In this document: piece after piece, positions 28,023 through 38,174 of the stretch
How the letters are laid out: each line of letters opens with the position of its first letter
Numbering within the stretch: position 1 is the first letter of the stretch
Origin: an uncultured Clostridia bacterium
GTDB lineage: Bacteria > Bacillota > Clostridia > Peptostreptococcales > Anaerovoracaceae
Reading direction: 5' to 3'
Length of the DNA stretch: 64,000 bases
Assembly (NCBI GenBank): GCA_934233735.1
Contig: CAKQGQ010000005.1
Location: 24,778 to 88,777, forward strand
Notes under the pieces: model-generated
Database searches by the model: none
What the model saw: only the letters and a program-made list of their open reading frames with translations
What the model was told of the DNA's origin: nothing
Program-made: the position numbers and the translations under genes

Positions 28023-28753
28023 AGGATTGGAAAGAACTGCACGGAAAAGTCATTGATGACTTTTTGCTGTATCTGAATGAGAGGACAGACAATTTCATTC
28101 TCAAAGGAGGAACGGCACTTTTAGAATGTTATGGCCTTGACCGTTTTTCCGAAGATATTGATTTTGACGGAAAAGAACCGAATATCGAAGAATATGTTGC
28201 GGCATTTTGTGAGAAGAATCAGTATGATTATCGGGTTGCAAAAGATACGGACACCGTAAAGCGATATATGATTCACTATGGAAACGAAAGAAAACCGTTA
28301 AAAGTTGAGACTTCGTTTCGTAGAAAGCAGATTCCGCAAGAAGAGACAACAAAGATTAACGGCGTGAATGTCTACCGGATTAATCCGCTTTGCACCATGA
28401 AAGTCAATGCCTATATGGGAAGAGATAAGCTTCGTGATTTATATGATGTTGCTTTTATCTGCGGCCACTATTTTGATGAGCTGCAGCCGACCACGAAAGC
28501 GCTTCTTCAAAATGCATTGATGTACAAAGGAATCGAACACTTCGATTACATTGTCAATCAGGAAAAAGACGAACTCATCGACGAAAACAGACTGGCAGAG
28601 TCTTTTCTGAATATGTTTGAACAATTCGATTTACTTTACACCGAAGAAGAAAAAGAAATTCTTCGTGATGTGGCGAAAGCTTCCGAAAATGTACGGACAA
28701 GAGAGAAAGCGAATCTCAAGAATAAGAAAAAAAATTTTGACTTGGAAATTTAA
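28019..28753 (+). CDS. Nucleotidyltransferase, AbiEii/AbiGii toxin family (DUF1814-like)
   Basis: ILKGGTALLECYGLDRFSEDIDFD is the family's NTase signature (GG..L....R.S.DIDF); length is about 244 aa. Confidence 0.75.
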   Translation: MKDWKELHGKVIDDFLLYLNERTDNFILKGGTALLECYGLDRFSEDIDFDGKEPNIEEYVAAFCEKNQYDYRVAKDTDTVKRYMIHYGNERKPLKVETSFRRKQIPQEETTKINGVNVYRINPLCTMKVNAYMGRDKLRDLYDVAFICGHYFDELQPTTKALLQNALMYKGIEHFDYIVNQEKDELIDENRLAESFLNMFEQFDLLYTEEEKEILRDVAKASENVRTREKANLKNKKKNFDLEI

Positions 28754-28777
28754 ACGAAACTGAATAAGCATGAAGAA

Positions 28778-28803
28778 AGTGAGGAACACCCTCACTTTTT
28801 TTC
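28778..28803 (+). terminator. Intrinsic terminator
   Basis: AGTGAGG-aacac-CCTCACT followed by T7. Confidence 0.7.
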
Positions 28804-28821
28804 GTGGAAAGGAAAGGGACT

Positions 28822-31800
28822 ATGAAAGAAAAAAAGGAAGCCTCCTCCTATTTAAGAGAGGCGCTCGAACAAAATTTTCCGCAATATCAAGAAGATAAAA
28901 ACGCCTTCGGTATTGCAGCGGATGCTTTAGAAGAATATGAAAGAAAGGGAATCTTGGGTTATGAGGATATTGTGGAGCATTTTCTCCATGACGGAAGATT
29001 GCAGTATGAGGGCTTTCCGGTTAGAGATGCACATTCCCTTGCACTGCTTCTGCAGACCTTTCGGAATGTACAATTTGAGACCTTTCGCATGGTATATACG
29101 AAAGGGGATACCATTGCCGCAATTACCGGAGTGGAAAGCAGGCTGCCGCATTTATCCTTTACCATGCCGGAAAAGAGCATCTCAAAAGGATTTTATAACA
29201 TACAAAGACGAATGGAGCGGCTGGGGGCGGATGGATTTTATATGGTACATAATCATCCTACCGGAGATGTGCTTCCGTCCGCTGACGACACCAATGAGAC
29301 GATGAGATTTGCGCAAAATCTTCCGGGCTTTCGCGGGCATATCATTTTAGATCATACAAAATATTCCGTGCTTGATGAAAACGGTGTAATCGGTATTTAC
29401 GATATTCCCGAAGATTATCAGAATCCGCTGTATTACGAGACCGAAACATTCTTAATCGGAACAAAAGTCAGGAATTCAGATGAAGTGGCAGCCTTTTTTG
29501 ACCACTTAAATCCGGCACCGGAGCGCAGCCTTCTTGTATTAACCACGGCAAAGGGAAGCATCCGAACTTTTGAGGAAGTAAGTAACAAAGTAATTTTGCA
29601 TGACAAAAATTTCAAAAATTATATCCGAAATGAAATGGTCCGAAATGGCTGCACGCATGCATTTCTTGCAACACAAAGCGAAGAAATCTATGATAGCTGC
29701 CGACCACTTGTCATCGATCGATACTTGATGGACGCAGTGTTTTTAGATGAAATCGGCATGGAAAGCGTAAATCGCTGGATGCATGAGCATAATGTCGAGC
29801 GAAATAAAGAAATTGAATGGGCAGGACTTCATTTAGAGAAGATGCACAGAGACAAAAATAACAGCGGAAAAATGCCCACATCACTTTTGCGTGAAGAAAT
29901 AAGTCCTTATGAATTTGAACAGGAGGTTAGAAGCATGAATATGACAGCGGGAGAATTTTTAGAAGAAATGCGTGTCTATTTTGCAGGTGAAAAGGAAGAA
30001 ATGTCAACAGACGGGCTTATTTTCACAGATGAGGTAGGTGCAGATATCGAGCTGCAAGTATCCAATCTTAAAGATTGTTACTGGGAGATATTTGAGAGTT
30101 CACAAGCGACTTTATATCGACTTTCTTCAGGAAATGAGGTTGCAAGGTACGACGCAGTTTCCTACAAATACTTGGATGCGAGCGGATGGCATCGTTCCTC
30201 CGAAATTACAGATGATATTGACGCTGCAATTAGGATGATAGAAGGACTTTTATACTGGGGAGAAGCCAATCCAGTGGATGGGAACAGTGTCGAATATATG
30301 GAAGGTAAGCCGATTCCCAATATTTTTAATATAAGGGAAGATTATATGCATACGGATGAATACCCATCGGAGAAAGAAATCGCAAAAAAACATTTAGAAA
30401 TGCTACGAGAAGCGGACGAAAGGAATGATATAAAAATGCCGTCGCTAAGTCATTCAAACGATGTTGATAATGTAGAAGTTTCCATGCGTCTTGCAGAAAC
30501 GCTCAAAGGCTGCTATTGGAAAACTTACGATGATGGCTCCGGCAGCCTTCGGAGACTTCAAACGGATACCGTAATCTTGGGATATAATCTGCATCCGGTT
30601 GATAGCGGATATGATGAATATGAAGATGCAAGAGGATGGCATGACTTTGAACGCAGCGAAGACTTTAGGCTTGCTTTGGAAAACCTTGTGACAGATGGAA
30701 TTGTAAGCCCGATGGATCATGGAGCAAACGATTTTGATTTAAGAAGTAATGAATTTGAACAAGAGGAGGTTAGAAGTATGAATATGACACCGGGAGAATT
30801 TTTAGAAGAAATGCGTGCTTATTTTGCAGGCGAGAAAGAAGCGATGTCAACCGATTCGCTTGTTTATATAGACCATGAAAGCGGTCTGGGGCAGACACTG
30901 CTGTTATCCGGCATCAAAGGCTGCTATTGGCATCAGATTGAGGATGAAGTGGCAACCTTGTATCGTCTTTCCACCGGCGAAGAAATGGGCACTTGCTTCG
31001 CCGGTGAGCGGCAGGAGTATCGCGATAGAAATGGGTGGCATAGTATACTTCCTGATGTTGATACCCCGGGCGAATCGGACGATCCTACATTTAATTATAT
31101 TTCATATACGATAGAAGAGATGATGCAGTCATTGGAACTGGATATTCAGGCTGGTGATGTAATCCCGATGGATAAAACTGCAGAGGAACATTTTATAGAA
31201 CTCTTAAAAGACTATGACCAAAAAAATGATACGAAAAAGAAACCTCTTCGCTATAAGAATGAGGAGGACCTTACTGTCTCTATACAGCTTGCCAAAACAA
31301 TGAAAGGATGCTACTGGCAATCCTTTGACGACGGAAGTGGTTCGCTTAGAAGACTGGAAGGAAACAGCACCATTTTAAGATATGATGCGATTTCGGAATA
31401 TCGGGATGCTACCGGATGGCATGGCTTTGAACGCGGCACAGACTTTAAGCTTGCATTGGAAAAACTTGTGACAGATGGGATTGCAAGCCCGATGGATCAT
31501 GGTTCCACTATGTTTGATGTTCGTAATGAGATGAGCATGGAAGAATTAAATCGAATTTTAGAAGCGCATGAAAAGTGGCTGCGTGGGGAAGCGGGCGGAC
31601 GGCAGGCAGATTTAAGAAGTACCAGCTTGCAGGGCGCCGATTTATCAGAACGTAATTTAGAACGCATAAATCTGATTGGTGCCGATCTGTATGGAGCAAA
31701 CCTTGCGTTTACGAATCTGCAGGGAGCAAAGCTGTTCTCCGCCGACCTTACAAATGCGGATTTGACGAATGCCAACTTGGAAAAGGCAGGTCTCGCATAT

Positions 31801-32787
31801 GCAACCGTTCAGGGTGCAAACTTCAAAGGTGCGAATCTGCAGAACACAAGTCTGCTGGAAACGATAGGTCTTGAGGAGGCACAAGGTGTTTCGCAAGATA
31901 AGCTCAAAGAAGAAATCGCAGTGCTCAAAGATAAGATTGAGCAAAGGGAGCTTGACAAGTTTTATTCTGATTCTTGGGAGCAGTCTGCACAAATTCGCAG
32001 TGACATCGAAACATTACAAAGCAAGCTGGAGAATCTCACGGAATCCGAGAAACGACAGTCTGCGAAGCGACTTTTTATCGATATGGACGGAACGCTTTGT
32101 GAGGGAGAGGAGATAGACGATATGAATATGGAAAATAAAAACATAGAAAATGCGGAGCTTTTGCAGCAGTTTCAAAGCGCAGCTACACCCAAAATGCAAA
32201 CTGTTTTTCAGATGATGAACGGACATTTGACATCAAATCCGCAAGCAGCTGTAGAAAAAAGGGAGTATGGTATGCAGGATGTATGTAAAGCAGAACTGCT
32301 TTATCCTGTAAGCAATACAGAGAATAAAGTAATTAAGCTCACGGCAACGCAGGATGCTGCCCAGGCACTTTCAAAGTATAACGAAGGAGACATTATCACA
32401 TTTGTCGGCATTCCAACAAATGACGGATATAAAATTTGCAGAATGGATGATGGAACCGTCTTTGCAAAACAGCAAAAGATGTTATATGACTTTACGATGC
32501 GCGGTGAGATTCCTGAAAATGATAGGAAAAGAGAACTTGCGCTTTCCGATATTAAGGAAGGATTTAAGAATCTAAGTTATGAAGAGAAATTTAAACTTGT
32601 CCTGGAAGAAGAGGTGGACTGCCATGACAATGAAGACTTGAAGGAAGAACTATGGGAAAGTTTTAGGGACAACGATTCTTATCTCGGATTTTTCGGAAAA
32701 GACGAAGTAGCGGAGCTGATAAAACGAAGAGATCGTTTCCTAGAAATTCAAGCAGATACGGAAAAAGACGGAGGGATGGAACTTTGA
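28822..32787 (+). CDS. Polyvalent protein: RadC-like JAB/JAMM domain, four copies of an unrecognised GCYW...GWH domain, pentapeptide-repeat segment, coiled-coil and C-terminal domain
   Basis: JAMM motif MVHNHPTGDVLPSADD (about 29248). Tandem internal duplication at 29908-31530. About 17 A(D/N)LXX pentapeptides (ADLRSTSLQGADLSERNLERINLIGADLYGANLAFTNLQGAKLFSADLTNADLTNANLEKAGLAYATVQGANFKGANLQNTSL, about 31600-31860). Confidence 0.8.
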   Translation: MKEKKEASSYLREALEQNFPQYQEDKNAFGIAADALEEYERKGILGYEDIVEHFLHDGRLQYEGFPVRDAHSLALLLQTFRNVQFETFRMVYTKGDTIAAITGVESRLPHLSFTMPEKSISKGFYNIQRRMERLGADGFYMVHNHPTGDVLPSADDTNETMRFAQNLPGFRGHIILDHTKYSVLDENGVIGIYDIPEDYQNPLYYETETFLIGTKVRNSDEVAAFFDHLNPAPERSLLVLTTAKGSIRTFEEVSNKVILHDKNFKNYIRNEMVRNGCTHAFLATQSEEIYDSCRPLVIDRYLMDAVFLDEIGMESVNRWMHEHNVERNKEIEWAGLHLEKMHRDKNNSGKMPTSLLREEISPYEFEQEVRSMNMTAGEFLEEMRVYFAGEKEEMSTDGLIFTDEVGADIELQVSNLKDCYWEIFESSQATLYRLSSGNEVARYDAVSYKYLDASGWHRSSEITDDIDAAIRMIEGLLYWGEANPVDGNSVEYMEGKPIPNIFNIREDYMHTDEYPSEKEIAKKHLEMLREADERNDIKMPSLSHSNDVDNVEVSMRLAETLKGCYWKTYDDGSGSLRRLQTDTVILGYNLHPVDSGYDEYEDARGWHDFERSEDFRLALENLVTDGIVSPMDHGANDFDLRSNEFEQEEVRSMNMTPGEFLEEMRAYFAGEKEAMSTDSLVYIDHESGLGQTLLLSGIKGCYWHQIEDEVATLYRLSTGEEMGTCFAGERQEYRDRNGWHSILPDVDTPGESDDPTFNYISYTIEEMMQSLELDIQAGDVIPMDKTAEEHFIELLKDYDQKNDTKKKPLRYKNEEDLTVSIQLAKTMKGCYWQSFDDGSGSLRRLEGNSTILRYDAISEYRDATGWHGFERGTDFKLALEKLVTDGIASPMDHGSTMFDVRNEMSMEELNRILEAHEKWLRGEAGGRQADLRSTSLQGADLSERNLERINLIGADLYGANLAFTNLQGAKLFSADLTNADLTNANLEKAGLAYATVQGANFKGANLQNTSLLETIGLEEAQGVSQDKLKEEIAVLKDKIEQRELDKFYSDSWEQSAQIRSDIETLQSKLENLTESEKRQSAKRLFIDMDGTLCEGEEIDDMNMENKNIENAELLQQFQSAATPKMQTVFQMMNGHLTSNPQAAVEKREYGMQDVCKAELLYPVSNTENKVIKLTATQDAAQALSKYNEGDIITFVGIPTNDGYKICRMDDGTVFAKQQKMLYDFTMRGEIPENDRKRELALSDIKEGFKNLSYEEKFKLVLEEEVDCHDNEDLKEELWESFRDNDSYLGFFGKDEVAELIKRRDRFLEIQADTEKDGGMEL
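29908..31530 (+). repeat. In-frame tandem duplication (units 29908-30747 and 30748-31530), each unit containing two GCYW...GWH subdomains
   Basis: The unit starts EFEQEVRSMNMTAGEFLEEMRVYFAGEKEEMSTD / EFEQEEVRSMNMTPGEFLEEMRAYFAGEKEAMSTD and the unit ends LVTDGIVSPMDHG / LVTDGIASPMDHG are nearly identical at nucleotide level. The interiors have diverged. Confidence 0.85.
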
Positions 32788-35384
32788 GAAGTGATAATAT
32801 CAAACACACCATGAAATTAAACCGCTTTTTGGGAAGCTGGTTTGTTGTGATTACGCTTTGCCTGGCAATCGACCTCATTCTACTTGCCGGGCTTGACTAC
32901 ATTATGAATCTTGTTGCCGCAATCCCTGATATGATACAGAAAGGTGCTACAAGCTACAACTATATCGATGCGGCAAACTTCTTGCCGCACTTTGGCAGAT
33001 ATAAGTGGAGCCTAAAAATCATATATCTCCTATGCATTCTTGTTCTGATTGGTGCTAATGTGGTCAAAGGCTATGGAATTCGTGTCAGTTATGCGGACAA
33101 GGAAGTGAATTATGGACAGAAGGGAACACGACGCTGGACGACGACAGAGGAAAAGAAAAAGCAGTATCGTGCAATTCCGCTGAAAGACGAATTCTATCCC
33201 GGAGAATCCGGGACGATCATCTCCCGAATCGGAAACAAACTGTATATCGATGTCGGTGGCTCAAATCAGCTCATCATCGGAACAACCCGTTCCGGTAAAG
33301 GCGAGATGTATGTGGTACCGAGCATCGATGTGATTACAAGAACTGCACTTATGAAAGACCGCAAAAGCATGATTATTACAGACCCGAAGCCGGAACTATA
33401 TAAAATGGCAAAGTATATTTTAGAAAAACGCGGCTATGAAGTAATTTTCATCAATCTTGCGGATCCAATTCACTCTGCAGGATATAACCCACTGTACCTT
33501 GTCATTGAATACTATAAAAAGGGTGAAGTGGATAAATCCAAAATGGCGGCAAGAAGCTTTGCCTATGCGATTTTTAATGCAGACCCGATGCAGGAAATGA
33601 TTTGGAAAAATACTGCGACCGACCTTTTTACGGCGCTTATCGTGGCGGTCACCAGCGACTGCCTGGAAGAAGATAAATTACTGAATGAAAAAAGGCGAAG
33701 AGCCTGGATTGAAAAAAAGCGGGCATATCGTGAGCTTTCAGCAGAAGAACAGGGGAACGCCGCAAAGCATTATCGGATGATTTATGAGCAAGAGGTTTTT
33801 GCCATAAAAACAAAATACAGAGAGCTTTCCGAAGAAGGAATTACCTTTAAATCGGCTGTTATGGAAAATGAAATGAGCGAAATTGACATGTTCCTCAAGG
33901 GGAATGTGTTTTTTATTCCTGACGATGTACCTTTTTGCGAAATCCATCCAAATGAAAAAAAGGTGAATTGCTATTCTTGTCTGAATTTTTTCCGCGAGCT
34001 TGCTGACACGAAAGCCCTGGAAGCTGCGGGAAGTGATGCGGAGCGTGAGAAAATTGCAGAGACGGCACTTGATGAATACTTTAATAATCGTCCGCCGCTT
34101 GACTATGCGAAATCACTCTATCAGGAAATCAAAGGAACCGGGGACAGAACCAAAGGCAGCGTATATATCAATATGCAGTCTGCGCTTTCCATTTTCTCGC
34201 TGGACAGTATTGCTATGCTAACAGCAGAAAATGATATTGATATTGAAAAAATCGGCTATGGAGATAAGCCGGTAGCACTGTTCATTGGGATTCCGTCGCA
34301 GGACAAGTCCAATCACTTTTTAGCAACAACCTTGATTACGCAGATTTATCAGTATCTATTTAATTTGACCAGTATCCGCAAAGAAACTGCAGGGACGCAA
34401 GGGAAACTCAAGCGTAAAGTGAAATACATCTTGGACGAATTTGGAAATTTACCGCCAATCGAAGAATTTCCAAGCTTTGTTACGGTTGGTCTTGGTCTTG
34501 GCATCAGTTTTGATATTTATGTTCAGGCACTTGCACAGCTTGAGGAAAAATATAAGGATTCGTACAACACGATTATGGAAAATATGGCAAATCAGATTTA
34601 CATTAAATCCATTTCCAATGAAACGGCAGAATCCTTTTCAAAATCGCTGGGAAATACAACGGTCATTGAAATACAGCGAAGCGGCTCGCGCTTTTCGACC
34701 AATAAGCATTTTACCGAGACGCCAATCGAACGGCCGCTGATGTATCCGCAGGAACTTCAGGAGCTGAAAGAGGGTGAGTGCGTTATCCTTCGAGGCATGG
34801 ACAGAAAAGATAAGCTTGGTGTGGACATCAAGAGCTATCCGATTATTAACGAGGTTGCAGATGAACTGAATACGTCCGAAAAACTGTGGGTGCTGCTTAC
34901 TTCTTTTTATCATGTGCTCATAAAGAAGCAGCCGGAATATATTCGACTGGAAAATAGACAGGCAAGCCTATCCGAAGATATTCAGATTCGAATGAATCTG
35001 AAAAAGAGAGAAAAGGGAACGCAGCTATATTACCGCTATCAGTATCTATCCGATACTTTCCCGAATCCGGATGAAATCTTCATTGAGGACATCAATAACG
35101 AGAGCAGGGAGCATCTTGACTACACCAAGATGGTTTACGACCCGCAGGAGGTAATTGAAAACTTGGAAGAAGAACGAAAGGGTACAAGGATGCTGCAGCT
35201 TAAGAACGTAACAAACAGACACGAAATCATTATGCTGCTTGTTCAGATTGATAAAGACTGGAGAAGAAACCTTGACATTTCCGAAAAGGATACCTTATCG
35301 CGGATCACGGATGTGCTGCAGCATGCAGAAATTGATAAAACATTAAAAGAAAAAGTTATGCAGGAGCTTGAAAAGGCAGCATAA
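32784..35384 (+). CDS. virD4: Type IV coupling protein (VirD4/TraG/TraD family)
   Basis: N-terminal TM helices, Walker A GTTRSGKGE, Walker B KYILDEFGNLP. TTG start after GGAGGGA overlaps the upstream stop (alternative ATG at 32811). Confidence 0.85.
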   Translation: MRSDNIKHTMKLNRFLGSWFVVITLCLAIDLILLAGLDYIMNLVAAIPDMIQKGATSYNYIDAANFLPHFGRYKWSLKIIYLLCILVLIGANVVKGYGIRVSYADKEVNYGQKGTRRWTTTEEKKKQYRAIPLKDEFYPGESGTIISRIGNKLYIDVGGSNQLIIGTTRSGKGEMYVVPSIDVITRTALMKDRKSMIITDPKPELYKMAKYILEKRGYEVIFINLADPIHSAGYNPLYLVIEYYKKGEVDKSKMAARSFAYAIFNADPMQEMIWKNTATDLFTALIVAVTSDCLEEDKLLNEKRRRAWIEKKRAYRELSAEEQGNAAKHYRMIYEQEVFAIKTKYRELSEEGITFKSAVMENEMSEIDMFLKGNVFFIPDDVPFCEIHPNEKKVNCYSCLNFFRELADTKALEAAGSDAEREKIAETALDEYFNNRPPLDYAKSLYQEIKGTGDRTKGSVYINMQSALSIFSLDSIAMLTAENDIDIEKIGYGDKPVALFIGIPSQDKSNHFLATTLITQIYQYLFNLTSIRKETAGTQGKLKRKVKYILDEFGNLPPIEEFPSFVTVGLGLGISFDIYVQALAQLEEKYKDSYNTIMENMANQIYIKSISNETAESFSKSLGNTTVIEIQRSGSRFSTNKHFTETPIERPLMYPQELQELKEGECVILRGMDRKDKLGVDIKSYPIINEVADELNTSEKLWVLLTSFYHVLIKKQPEYIRLENRQASLSEDIQIRMNLKKREKGTQLYYRYQYLSDTFPNPDEIFIEDINNESREHLDYTKMVYDPQEVIENLEEERKGTRMLQLKNVTNRHEIIMLLVQIDKDWRRNLDISEKDTLSRITDVLQHAEIDKTLKEKVMQELEKAA

Positions 35385-35399
35385 CAGAAAGGAGCAAAA

Positions 35400-37310
35400 G
35401 TGAGCGAACAAGAACTAATTGATTTTTTTATCAGAAATCGGGATTTGTTTCATAATAACGACATCTTGGCCAGTATGGGACGCGGAATCGCATGGGGGTT
35501 TTGCAAATTTATGATTATTCTTGCCGATGTTTGCAAGACTTTATATGATACCGCTTTTGGGCTGATTGATTTTACATCAAATGAAAAAATAAATGACTTC
35601 ATCAGTGAATTTCAGCCGCTGCTTATGGTGCTTTTGGCACTCAGCATTGTTGCTCTTGGAATTTCCCTCATTATGGGAAGCGAGAAACGACCGAAACTTG
35701 TGCAAAACGCGCTGATAATGATTCTTTGCGTTTGCTGCTCAACCGTCGTTTTTTCAGAACTAAACAAAATGACACTCAGTTTTAAAAATGCGGTGGAAGA
35801 AATACCGGTAACGGACGAAAAAGCGGATGGTGTCTATGACATGGTATCGGATCATTTATATGACATCTATTACTATGACCAAAAACTTTCAGGAGGTATG
35901 AAAAGCATTGACTTCACAAAGAAAGAATCGCTGCCAAGTAGAAATATCAATGCGGAAATTGTCAGCATTCTTGATTACAACGAAGGATTGGACTGGGACG
36001 GCAGTGTATATAACTTTAAATCCGGGGCAGCAGAAGACATTCTAAGCCATCGGCTGATTGCTGCGGTCGATTCAAGCAGTACCTATATCTTAGGAGAGGT
36101 GAATACCGGTGCCCTTTGGACAAACATCGGAAATCAATTTTACTATCGCTACCAAATGGATTTTTTCCCACTGTTTTGTCAGCTTGGGGCGTTGATTGTG
36201 ATTTATGTTGCCTTCGGGTATCGCGTAATACGCGTTATGTTTGAGCTTGTCTTTGCAAGGCTGCTTGCAACCCTATATGCGGCAGAAGTATCGGGAGGAG
36301 AAAGAATCCGGAAGATTCTTATTTTCATTAGGGATAGCTATATACTGCTTGTTACCACAACGCTATGCATTAAATTCTTTTTTATGCTGACCGGTCTTGT
36401 AACAAGCAGCGTGGCGAATACTTGGGTGCAGGGACTTCTCATCTTGTTTATTGCTTTCTGCGTATCGGATGGTCCGACACTCATTCAGATGCTGATTGGC
36501 ATGGATGCAGGACTTTCCGGTGGAATTGGAAAAACTCTAATGACGGTGCGCGTGGCAAGCTGGGTATCCAATAAAACGACATCCCTTGCAAAGCATGGAA
36601 TGGGGTTGTTTTCCGGGCTTCTTGGCGGCAAAAGCGGTGGCAAGACCCCTCCGGGAGGCGGCATCAATCAAAATTCATCAAATCAAAGCACAGATTTTAT
36701 GAACGGAAGCAGTGATGGTTCAAATAATACAAATAATTTTGATGAAAATGGTGGAAATGGAAATTCCCCGGGCATGGGCGGAAACGATGGAACCGGCACA
36801 AACGGTTCAAACAGCGCAAATGATTCGAGCAGCGGTAGCTCATCCGGCACAGGAGAGTATGCAAATCAAGGCGCAAATCCAAATCAAAGGCAAGACTATG
36901 GCACGCAAGATACAGGCTTTATGGATGAAAGCGGCACGGATACACCTTTACATGATACCTCTCCGCAAAGCCCAAGCTCGTTCATGGAGCAAGAGCCACA
37001 ATCTTTTACGACACCAGATGCAGAAAGTGAGGTTCTGTCCGGTAGCGGCAGCGGAAAACCACAGGACATGATGCATGATAAAGAAGAGAATCTGATGAAT
37101 AACGAAACGCATCATTCCTCGGAAAAGGAGAAAAAGCTATCAAAGGAAAGAACGTCCACAAGGCGCATGCGCGACGCGGATGATCGAAGATGGAACTTCA
37201 TGGACGATAAGGAAACACAGCCGGAGCGGCGCAGCAGTTTTCTGAATAAGCGAAAGGATGACAGCAGCTTGACCTTATCGAAAAAGAAGAAAGGACGGTA
37301 TGACGAATGA
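35400..37310 (+). CDS. Polytopic T4SS membrane protein (VirB6-like role) with Gly/Ser/Asn-rich disordered tail
   Basis: GTG start after AAGGAG. It has at least 6 hydrophobic helices, then a low-complexity C-terminus. The position between the coupling protein and the VirB3/VirB4-like genes supports the role. Confidence 0.65.
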   Translation: MSEQELIDFFIRNRDLFHNNDILASMGRGIAWGFCKFMIILADVCKTLYDTAFGLIDFTSNEKINDFISEFQPLLMVLLALSIVALGISLIMGSEKRPKLVQNALIMILCVCCSTVVFSELNKMTLSFKNAVEEIPVTDEKADGVYDMVSDHLYDIYYYDQKLSGGMKSIDFTKKESLPSRNINAEIVSILDYNEGLDWDGSVYNFKSGAAEDILSHRLIAAVDSSSTYILGEVNTGALWTNIGNQFYYRYQMDFFPLFCQLGALIVIYVAFGYRVIRVMFELVFARLLATLYAAEVSGGERIRKILIFIRDSYILLVTTTLCIKFFFMLTGLVTSSVANTWVQGLLILFIAFCVSDGPTLIQMLIGMDAGLSGGIGKTLMTVRVASWVSNKTTSLAKHGMGLFSGLLGGKSGGKTPPGGGINQNSSNQSTDFMNGSSDGSNNTNNFDENGGNGNSPGMGGNDGTGTNGSNSANDSSSGSSSGTGEYANQGANPNQRQDYGTQDTGFMDESGTDTPLHDTSPQSPSSFMEQEPQSFTTPDAESEVLSGSGSGKPQDMMHDKEENLMNNETHHSSEKEKKLSKERTSTRRMRDADDRRWNFMDDKETQPERRSSFLNKRKDDSSLTLSKKKKGRYDE

Positions 37311-37636
37311 AATATCTGATTACGCAAGACATTGAGAGCCCTGCAAAAGCGACCAAACATATAGAAGTTAAGGATATGTTTTTCTTTCTTGGCTATATCA
37401 CGATTGCATTTGCATTTAAAAATCTCGTACATGACAGTCTTGAAATTCCGTATCTAATTTTCTCGGCTCTCATGGCAGGGTTTTTGACCATGAAAAGTTA
37501 TTACAACAAACGGAGACGAAATTACGAGAGCCTGTATATTTTAACCAGTCGGTTCTTTAGCGACGGTATCTACGGATACCGTCCAATTTATGAGAGAGAG
37601 GAAAACAGAAGTGTGGAAAAAACAGAAGAAAAATGA
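37307..37636 (+). CDS. PrgI/VirB3-like small membrane protein
   Basis: 109 aa with two adjacent TM helices, immediately upstream of the VirB4 region. ATGA overlap with the previous gene. Confidence 0.6.
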   Translation: MKYLITQDIESPAKATKHIEVKDMFFFLGYITIAFAFKNLVHDSLEIPYLIFSALMAGFLTMKSYYNKRRRNYESLYILTSRFFSDGIYGYRPIYEREENRSVEKTEEK

Positions 37637-38174
37637 GCAAAAAGGAAAAGGCAGCTATCTGAAAACCAATGCAGAGATTTTTCCGATTCGCAGCTACGAT
37701 GAGCAAATGTCTTGTTTTGTTCTTGCAAACGGCACTTATCTTGATATTGTTGAAAAAACTCCGGAGGATGTCGGTAACATGCTTCCGGATGAAATTGAGT
37801 ATAAGATGATTCTTTTCGCAAAATTCCTGAAGCTGTACAAGGATGATATAAAGCTTGTCTTTATGAATTTTCCAACGAATACAACAGGGCAGCAAAACCA
37901 TCTAAAACGCAGGCTGGAAAAAACAAGCGACCCGGTGCGACGGAAGTGGCTTGAGCGAAAAATATCGGAGCTTGAGAGAGCAGACAAGGGAACTCACCTA
38001 AAGGAATCGTATTTCTTTATTTTCAGTAAAACCATAGAATCCCACCAAAAACATATGAGGGAGATTTCTATTATGGAAGGCGGGCTTGTACCGATGAGTT
38101 TTCAGAAAAAGTGTCAAATCCTATTTAAAATGGCAAACTCAAATTCAATTATAATCAGGGAGGACGAAGCATGA
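37590..38174 (+). CDS. T4SS-associated protein translationally coupled to VirB4 (possible detached N-terminal module)
   Basis: ORF of 194 aa; a GTG at 37611 after GAGAGGA is a plausible alternative start. Its stop overlaps the VirB4 ATG (ATGA). Confidence 0.55.
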   Translation: MRERKTEVWKKQKKNEQKGKGSYLKTNAEIFPIRSYDEQMSCFVLANGTYLDIVEKTPEDVGNMLPDEIEYKMILFAKFLKLYKDDIKLVFMNFPTNTTGQQNHLKRRLEKTSDPVRRKWLERKISELERADKGTHLKESYFFIFSKTIESHQKHMREISIMEGGLVPMSFQKKCQILFKMANSNSIIIREDEA

